From Nitrospinota bacterium (GTDB lineage Bacteria; UBA8248): a stretch of 13,856 nucleotides of DNA. The notes beneath the pieces were generated by a model. That model saw nothing but the letters and a program-made list of their open reading frames with translations, was not told the DNA's origin and ran no database searches. Location: the NCBI GenBank assembly GCA_046581755.1, contig JAYGFR010000171.1:1-13856 (forward strand). Reading direction: 5' to 3'. Position 1 is the stretch's first letter. Each line of letters opens with the position of its first letter. The translations under genes and the position numbers were made by a program. This document shows, one piece after another, positions 8,076-13,856 of this stretch.

Positions 8076-9511
8076 TCAAATATTCATCGCATGAAATTCA
8101 TCCTCGAAGAAAAACTTTTTCTCTCCGAAGGCGGGCCGCAACTGGTCGAGCCAGGTGGCCTTGTCGTCGAATTTTGCGAAAAAGGGGCGTTGCACCCATT
8201 CGGGATTGCGGCCTTGGATGAATCTCAGAACAAAGACCTTCTCGCCCCGAATTTCGGCCACGCCCTGAATTTCCACCTTGCCGGGCTCCGTGCTCATGCT
8301 CGGGCCGCGCGCCGTCCGCCCCAGGCCGGAGAGCATCTTTATCGCACCGCTGTATATTTCCCAGGTTTTCACGAGCGGAAGCTCGAAGTAGCGCCGCGCG
8401 CCGGTGTCGCGCTCCACGAACATATAATACGGAATGATGCCCAGGTTCACCTGGGTCCGCCAGGTGCGCGCCCATGTGGAGGCGCTGTCGTTGATATGCG
8501 CCAGGACAGGTCCCTGACTGTGAATGGTGGCGCCGGTTTCGCGCACGCGGCGGATGGCTTCCCGGGCGATTTCGGTTTCCATCTCGCGCCAGTGGCTGTA
8601 ATGGGCCATCAAGGCTACATGCTTTCCAGCCCCCACGAGACGCTCAAATAGGCGCAGCATATCGTCTGCATCTTTGTCCGTGACAAAGCGTTGAGGCCAG
8701 AAGGTCAAGGATTTTGTTCCGATTCGAATGGTCTCTACGTGCGCGAGGCGCGGGTCGGTCACCAGAGGGTCGAGATAGTAGGCCAGGTTCCAGGTTTTCA
8801 TGACCATCGGATCACCGCCGGTAACGAGAAGGTCCGTCACATCCGGCTTCGCCGCAAGATAATCGTGGAGCGTATTTGCCTCGCTCGAGGCGAACTTGAG
8901 TTCCTTGTCGCCCACAAATTGCGCCCAGCGGAAACAGAAGGTGCAGTAGGAATGGCAGGTCTGCCCCTGGCTCGGGAAAACAGAACGATTTCGCGGTATT
9001 TGTGCTGCATTCCCTCAAGTTTCTCGTCGCCCATGGTGGGGACGTTGAGTTCTTGTTGTCCGGCAGGATGGGGATTTAAATCGTGCCGGATTTTGCAGAC
9101 CGCGGCCGCCAGTTCCTCTTTCGGAGAACCACTCTTGATCATGCGGGCAACCCGGTCGAAATCCGCGGGCGAGAGCATTCCAGGTTAGGGAAAGGTCAAT
9201 TGGAAGATGGGGTCGTCCGGCGCATTGTCCCAGTGGATGAGATTTTCTATGACATACCGGTTCACTCTGAAGGGAAGCACGCTGGCGACCACTTTCATCG
9301 CAAAACGCTGTTCCTCGGGCAGGCACCTCAGTTGCGGAATTTCGTCCAGCTGGCGGGATGTAAACACGCGGAACCGCTCCACTGGAAAATCGAGGCGGGC
9401 GCCCGATCGGGTCTCGATGTCATATAGACAGTTTGTCCCGGACACTCCTTCTAAATTCGGAGTGAGGGACGAGAGGCGCAAGCTATCGGATGCGAAATAT
9501 GGTTTGCTCAT
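8076..9511 (-). pseudogene. KamA family radical SAM PLP-dependent 2,3-aminomutase, interrupted (in-frame TAA 9185-9187; 1-nt deletion at A-run 8977-8980); true pseudogene or sequence error
   Basis: Joins three ORFs: LPFRVNRYVIENLIHW...DDPIFQLTFP*PGML; GMQHKYRE(I)VLF(F)PSQGQTCHSYCTFCFRWAQF (CxxxCxxC); VTGGDP, IRIGTK, HIND, PYYMF and PGKV (PLP lysine). RBS AAGGAGG before ATG 9511; about 478 aa repaired. Confidence 0.88.
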
Positions 9512-9678
9512 GAAATTCTCCTCCTTTCCGGATGCGGGCATAGACTTCCGGAGCGGGGGATGAGGTGCCTCCTCTTCCCGGCCAGAATTCTGAATTCTCG
9601 ATGCGTGGGCTGGTCAAGCGGGAGAAGTTCACCCGCGAGCAAAGAGAGGGATAATATTTAACCGGTGTGGCCCCATTA

Positions 9679-9816
9679 TTAAAAACGGTTAATGAACCGT
9701 TTAAATTTTCTGGATGATCCGCCAACCGGGGTTTCTGCCCTGATTGCACATCTACCGCGCATGATTTCGATCACCTTTCTCGTATAGAACTCCTCAAGTG
9801 TAGCGGAAAACGACAT
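9679..9816 (-). CDS. putative small ORF / leader peptide (45 aa) upstream of the KamA gene
   Basis: Strong RBS AAGAGGAGGTG before ATG 9816; MSFSATLEEFYTRKVIEIMRGRCAIRAETPVGGSSRKFKRFINRF; no recognisable family. Confidence 0.35.
   Translation of the reverse strand: MSFSATLEEFYTRKVIEIMRGRCAIRAETPVGGSSRKFKRFINRF
9683..9702. promoter_or_regulatory. perfect inverted repeat (operator or weak terminator/attenuator)
   Basis: AAACGGTT-AATG-AACCGTTT; on the minus strand the stem runs into TTTTTAAT at the end of the small ORF. Confidence 0.45.
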
Positions 9817-9943
9817 GCGAGGCACCTCCTCTTTTCGAAACCGCGGCGAGAAGGCGATTTTTCCCCGTTTTATTAAATAGTTAGGAATATTCTCGGCTCT
9901 TATTATTCTGTTCCTCCGCAAAATCTGGGAGAAAATAAATTTT

Positions 9944-9990
9944 GCCGAGTGATTCCAGCGCGGCGGTTTTTCTTCCGATTTCAGATCAGA
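9944..9990 (+). repeat. 47-bp direct repeat, right copy (overlaps Rieske stop codon)
   Basis: GCCGAGTGATTCCAGCGCGGCGGTTTTTCTTCCGATTTCAGATCAGA; 38/47 identical to 7837-7883. Confidence 0.85.
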
Positions 9991-10387
9991 TATGGACGAC
10001 GATGAAGCCGCTCTCGACGGAGACGGGATAGGTTTCCACGGAAGGATCGTCTTCTTCGGGCTCGACGGTGACCTCGTAGGAGCGGACCCGCATCCGGTGC
10101 GGATTGAAGACGGACCCGCCCGTCGTGATGTCGAACTCCCAGCAATGCCACGGGCAGACGAGGATCTCGCCTTCCTTGACGATTTCGTAGGTCTGCGGTT
10201 TTTCGGATTTCAGGGTTCCCTTGATCGCGCCGCTGCAAAGCGGAGCGCCCTGGTGGGGGCAGGTGTTGCGCAGGGCGTAATAGGCGCCCTTGATGTTGAA
10301 CACTCCGATCGAGCGGCCTTCGAGTTCGATGATTTTCCGCGCTCCCGGGGGAAGTTCGCTGACCCGTGCGACGGCGTAGTTTCCCAT
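9986..10387 (-). CDS. Rieske [2Fe-2S] ferredoxin (133 aa)
   Basis: From ATG 10387: MGNYAVARVSELPPGARKII...NTCPHQGAPLC...VCPWHCWEFDITTG; CxH...CxxH ligands. The track's extra 30 N-terminal residues look non-coding. Confidence 0.92.
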   Translation of the reverse strand: MGNYAVARVSELPPGARKIIELEGRSIGVFNIKGAYYALRNTCPHQGAPLCSGAIKGTLKSEKPQTYEIVKEGEILVCPWHCWEFDITTGGSVFNPHRMRVRSYEVTVEPEEDDPSVETYPVSVESGFIVVHI

Positions 10388-10547
10388 GATTTCTTCTGTT
10401 CGGTTAAGGTTAGAGACGAGTGCCCGGGCGGTGCGATTGTCGGGCCGGTGCCCGCAGGGTATCGCCATGAGGTTCATCCATCAACGGTCATTTGGCGGCA
10501 GCCAATCGGCCCGATTCCGGGAGGGTGCGGGCGATGGGTGGAAACTC

Positions 10548-10577
10548 TCGACCGGGGGAGAGGGGAAGGGCTACAAT
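10548..10577 (+). promoter_or_regulatory. putative sigma70 promoter of the MBL-Gfo operon
   Basis: TCGACC (10548-10553) - 18 nt - TACAAT (10572-10577). Confidence 0.4.
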
Positions 10578-10639
10578 CCGCCTTCACCGTGGGATGAGCG
10601 ATAAGGCCGGCGGCGGTTCGGGCCGGCCCGGAGGATTCG

Positions 10640-11397
10640 ATGCTCAAGATGCGCTTCCTGGGCGTCTCCGCCTTTGAAATCGAAACTGCGGGCGGGATGC
10701 GGATTCTGATCGATCCCTACATCACCGGGAATCCGGACTGTCCCATCGCGGCCGATGACATAGAAAAAGCGGATCTCATCCTGGTCAGCCACAGCGCCTG
10801 GGATCACGTGGGCGAATCGATCGAACTCGCCAAGCGCACCGGAGCCGTTTTCATGTCGGGCCATGATGTCCACGCGCTGCCCCAAAGGGAGGGCGTGCCC
10901 AAGGAGCAGATTATGGGGACCCAGCCCGGCGCCACCCGGGAGGTTGTCGCCGCAGGCGAAAGCGTTCGCGTGCGCGCCACCGTCGCCCACCACGCCTCGT
11001 TCATGTCGCCCGAGGAGGGGGTCTATCTTTCCGCGCCCCCGCTCGGATTCGTCATCTACACTGAAGATGGCGTACGGATTTATCATCCGGGCGACACTTG
11101 CCTGTTCAGCGACCTCAAGCTGATCGCCGAGTTGTGCCATCCCCAGGTGTTGATGATTCCGGTGGATTCGGTCAATCCTGGGGCCCCAAGGAGATGAGCC
11201 CGCTCGACGCTGCCATCGCCACCCACTGGATCGGGCCCGACGTGGTGATTCCCATGCATTACTATCCAGAATCAAAAAATCCCGAGGAGTTCCGGAAGCA
11301 CGCCGAAACCCTGGCGCCGGGGACCCAGGTTCTTCTCCGCCCCCGGGGCTGGTTCGCCTACGAGCCCTCCTGGATAACGTTCCTCGAGAAGGAGTGA
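10640..11397 (+). CDS. MBL-fold metallo-hydrolase (UPF0173/UlaG-like), frameshifted by a 1-nt deletion in C-run 11184-11187 (likely sequence error)
   Basis: ILIDPYITGNP, ADLILVSHSAWDH and IYHPGDTCLFSD; continues in another frame as (K)EMSPLDAAIATHWIGPDVVIPMHY; about 252 aa repaired; RBS GGAGG. Confidence 0.87.
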
Positions 11398-11400
11398 AAA

Positions 11401-12513
11401 GTGCCGCCAGCGAAGCGATCCAAAAAACCCATCGGTCTCGCCCTCATCGGCTGCGGGAAGATCGGCCGTATCCGGGCGAAGTTCGCCGCCGATTATCCGG
11501 GCGTTGAATGGTTCGGCCTGTGCGACATCGACGAGAAAACAGGGAAAAAACTGGCCGGCGATGTGGATGCCGATTTTTTCACGGTGGATCTGGAGGAACT
11601 CCTCGACCGGCCCGAAGTCAACGCGGTGATTGTCGCGACCCACTCGACGATGCACGTCGAGCCCGTCCGGGCGGCGGCGGAGCGGGGGCTTCCCATGCTC
11701 GTTGAAAAGCCGTTGGCGACGGGTGCGCGCGAATCGGCCGAGCTCTTGCGCCTCATCGAGAAGAACGGATCGGACGCCGTGCTGGGATACACGCAGCGCT
11801 TCAGGCGCCGCTACCTGGTCGCCAAGGAAAAGATCGGAGCGGGGGAGATCGGCGATGTGACCACCGTCGTCTCGCGCGCCTTCCTGAACAGTCTGACGCC
11901 CATCGGCACCCTCCAGGCCGCCGAGGATCGCCGCCAGATGACGCCGATGGTCATCTCGGGCACCCATACCCTCGATATTTGCATGTGGCTGATGGCGGGA
12001 AAGACGCCCGCCGAGGTGTACGCTCGATCGGTGGCCAAGTCGTTCGTCTCTTACGGGACAAAAGACGCGACCATGGGCGTTTTTACGTTCGACGACGGGA
12101 CGATCTGGAACATGTGCATCAACTGGGCGCTGCCGGCCCTGTGGCCGCCGACGGTCTACAGCCTCGAAATCGGAATCGTGGGCACGGACGGGGTGCTGAC
12201 CATCGACGACACTCACCGCGATCTGGTCCTCGCCTCGGACACGCCGCATACCACCCAGCGTCCCGGGGAGCGGAAGAACGTCAGCTTCCTGACCAGCTAC
12301 CCGCCCGGAGACATTGCCCTGGGCCAGCTATGGGGCCCCATGCGCGAGGAGACGAACGCCTGGCTCGCACGCCTCTACACCGGCCTGGAGACACCGCACA
12401 CGACCGCCACCGAGGGACACGAAAATTTACTCCTGACCATGGCGATGGATCTTTCCGCCGCGCGCGGGGAGGCGGTCCGGCTGCCCATCACGGCGGAAGA
12501 GTTGGAAGGCTAG
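11401..12513 (+). CDS. Gfo/Idh/MocA family NAD(P)-dependent oxidoreductase
   Basis: 370 aa; LIGCGKIG, LVEKPLA, LGYTQRF, SGTHTLD and LWGPMREET; RBS AAGGAG in the end of the MBL gene, 3-bp gap. Confidence 0.93.
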   Translation: MPPAKRSKKPIGLALIGCGKIGRIRAKFAADYPGVEWFGLCDIDEKTGKKLAGDVDADFFTVDLEELLDRPEVNAVIVATHSTMHVEPVRAAAERGLPMLVEKPLATGARESAELLRLIEKNGSDAVLGYTQRFRRRYLVAKEKIGAGEIGDVTTVVSRAFLNSLTPIGTLQAAEDRRQMTPMVISGTHTLDICMWLMAGKTPAEVYARSVAKSFVSYGTKDATMGVFTFDDGTIWNMCINWALPALWPPTVYSLEIGIVGTDGVLTIDDTHRDLVLASDTPHTTQRPGERKNVSFLTSYPPGDIALGQLWGPMREETNAWLARLYTGLETPHTTATEGHENLLLTMAMDLSAARGEAVRLPITAEELEG

Positions 12514-12517
12514 GGCA

Positions 12518-12868
12518 TCAGGGGCCGATGGCCTCGGGCGGAGGCCAGTCTTCGGAGCGGTTCTTGAAGGAGAGATAGACGAGCGTTCCCGCGCCCGCGT
12601 TTCGCTGCTCGTGAAGGGTACCCACGGGGATGTGAACGACCTCCCCGGTGCCGACGGTTTTTTCCTCATCCCCCACACGAAACTGGGCTTCGCCCTCGAG
12701 GATATGAATCATCTGCTCGCATCCGTGCGTGTGGGGCCGGGTCGCCTTGCCGGGCGGCTGAACCTGGCGCGTGACGGTAGTGAACTCCCCGAGGATGAGA
12801 TTCCCCTCCGAATCGGTGGTTTTCACCAGGTTGCGCCGCGTCATGTCCGCCCAGCGGTAAAAGGGCAT
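12518..12868 (-). CDS. cupin domain protein (116 aa)
   Basis: PHTHGCEQMIHILEG and GEVVHIPVGTLHEQRN cupin motifs; RBS GGAGG. Confidence 0.9.
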   Translation of the reverse strand: MPFYRWADMTRRNLVKTTDSEGNLILGEFTTVTRQVQPPGKATRPHTHGCEQMIHILEGEAQFRVGDEEKTVGTGEVVHIPVGTLHEQRNAGAGTLVYLSFKNRSEDWPPPEAIGP

Positions 12869-12925
12869 GCCGGCCCCTCCGAATGAATTTTTTTTTCGGC
12901 CCGGCCCATCCGCGAATAATTTCGC

Positions 12926-13276
12926 CTAATCCATCGTCGCCGTTGGGGGAGGCCAGTCCTCGGATTTGTTCTTGAAAGAAAGATAGATGAATTCCTCGTT
13001 CCCGGTATTTTTGAATTCGTGCTCGGTCCCGATGGGGATGTGGATGATGTCGCCCGCCGTCACCGTCCGCACCTCGTCCCCGAGGCGGAACCAGGCAGCC
13101 CCGCTTTCAACGTGAATCAACTGCTCGCAGCCGTGGCTGTGGGGACGGCCCAGCTTCCCGGGGGCGGCGACCGAGCGGTTCAGCGTGACATGCTCGCCTA
13201 GGATGATGCTTCCCTCCGAGTCGGAGGGCGCGGCCAGGTGTTTTCGCTTCATCTCATCCCATCGGAAAAACGGCAT
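12926..13276 (-). CDS. cupin domain protein (116 aa), tandem paralogue
   Basis: Start at ATG 13276 (MPFFRW) by alignment to neighbour and RBS GGGAG; PHSHGCEQLIHVESG and GDIIHIPIGTEHEFKN. Confidence 0.9.
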   Translation of the reverse strand: MPFFRWDEMKRKHLAAPSDSEGSIILGEHVTLNRSVAAPGKLGRPHSHGCEQLIHVESGAAWFRLGDEVRTVTAGDIIHIPIGTEHEFKNTGNEEFIYLSFKNKSEDWPPPTATMD

Positions 13277-13371
13277 TTTATCGAATCTCCCTGAATCGGG
13301 TGGAATGACTCCGTTCCAGAGCGGTTGCGCATGATGAGCGGATTCCGCCCAATATATGGAACACGGCAGCC

Positions 13372-13401
13372 TTGACACCCTTCCGGGCGGGTTTGTAGTA
13401 T
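13372..13401 (+). promoter_or_regulatory. putative sigma70 promoter of the TAXI-TRAP gene
   Basis: TTGACA (13372-13377) - 18 nt - TAGTAT (13396-13401). Confidence 0.6.
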
Positions 13402-13537
13402 CTTCGAGATCAAACGGATAAACAAACGGGTTTCAATCCGTGATCTTTTGGCGGATGACGGCTTCGGCGGTCCGATGGCCGCCAATGGGCCGGACCCTGC
13501 GGATACGCGGGTCCAAACTGAAGGGGGGAGGAACATC

Positions 13538-13856
13538 ATGCGTAAGACAATGATTGTTGCAGCGATTGTGGTACTGGCAGCGCCGCTCCTGGTGGCCGGT
13601 CAGGCGCAGAGCGCGCCCCGGCAGTACTCGCTGGTTGTCGGCACCCTCGGGGGCACCATGGGCCGCCTCGGCGCGGGCCTGGCCGATGTCGTCAACCGCA
13701 AGGCGAAAGGCTTTAAGTTCAGTGTCGTCCCCGGCGGAGGCCGGGCGAACCCCGCCCGCATCGGCGGCGGCGGCGGCGACATTGGCTATTCGTTCTCGAA
13801 CTTCGTGGCGAACGCCACGGCGGGCAAGGTGCCCTTCAAGAAGAAGTATCCGAATC
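13538..13856 (+). CDS. TAXI family TRAP transporter solute-binding subunit (partial)
   Basis: Not in the ORF track. MRKTMIVAAIVVLAAPLLVAGQAQSA signal peptide, then GTLGGTMGRLGAGLADVVN...VVPGGGRANPARI...DIGYSFSN...AGKVPF, matching the TAXI N-terminal pattern; RBS GGAGG. Confidence 0.8.
   Translation, partial: MRKTMIVAAIVVLAAPLLVAGQAQSAPRQYSLVVGTLGGTMGRLGAGLADVVNRKAKGFKFSVVPGGGRANPARIGGGGGDIGYSFSNFVANATAGKVPFKKKYPN

Noticed and set aside
9512..9943. Lysine or SAM riboswitch upstream of kamA; small ORF as a RiPP precursor
   Set aside because: Could not recognise the conserved aptamer cores by eye; KamA-family enzymes act on free amino acids, and no SPASM/RRE domain, peptidase or exporter is present.
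7837..9990. IS element or integron cassette
   Set aside because: No transposase, integrase, terminal inverted repeats or recognisable attC structure; only the direct repeats are supported.
4255..11187. Programmed ribosomal frameshifting or phase variation at the four shifts
   Set aside because: No slippery heptamers; runs are too short for phase variation; errors or decay are simpler.
1518..12249. Long antisense ORFs (1518-2375, 2985-3827, 6844-7761, 7938-8651, 9992-10597, 11272-12249)
   Set aside because: Antisense to well-supported genes; expected in high-GC DNA; no family motifs.

Overview
GC-rich bacterial chromosomal window, mostly catabolic/redox genes. In order: partial HpcH/HpaI aldolase, small membrane protein, MmgE/PrpD protein, atypical acyl-CoA dehydrogenase, two Gfo/Idh/MocA paralogues, a degenerate NtrC-like regulator, two AhpD/CMD-fold genes, a KamA-family radical SAM aminomutase, Rieske ferredoxin, MBL-fold hydrolase, tandem cupins and a partial TAXI-TRAP binding protein. 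Highlights: (1) a hidden selenoprotein: the AhpD-like gene 6655-7329 reads C-D-Y-[TGA] with a SECIS-like GGUC-loop hairpin just downstream, and the ORF track splits it in two; (2) the KamA module lies between two 47-bp direct repeats (38/47 identical), suggesting an old insertion at the 3' end of the Rieske gene; (3) four single-base deletions in short homopolymers (probably sequencing errors) and three in-frame TAA codons, while none of the 13 complete genes ends in TAA; (4) an acyl-CoA dehydrogenase lacking the canonical catalytic Glu. No rRNA, tRNA, CRISPR or transposase seen. All family calls are from motif recognition by eye; no searches were run.
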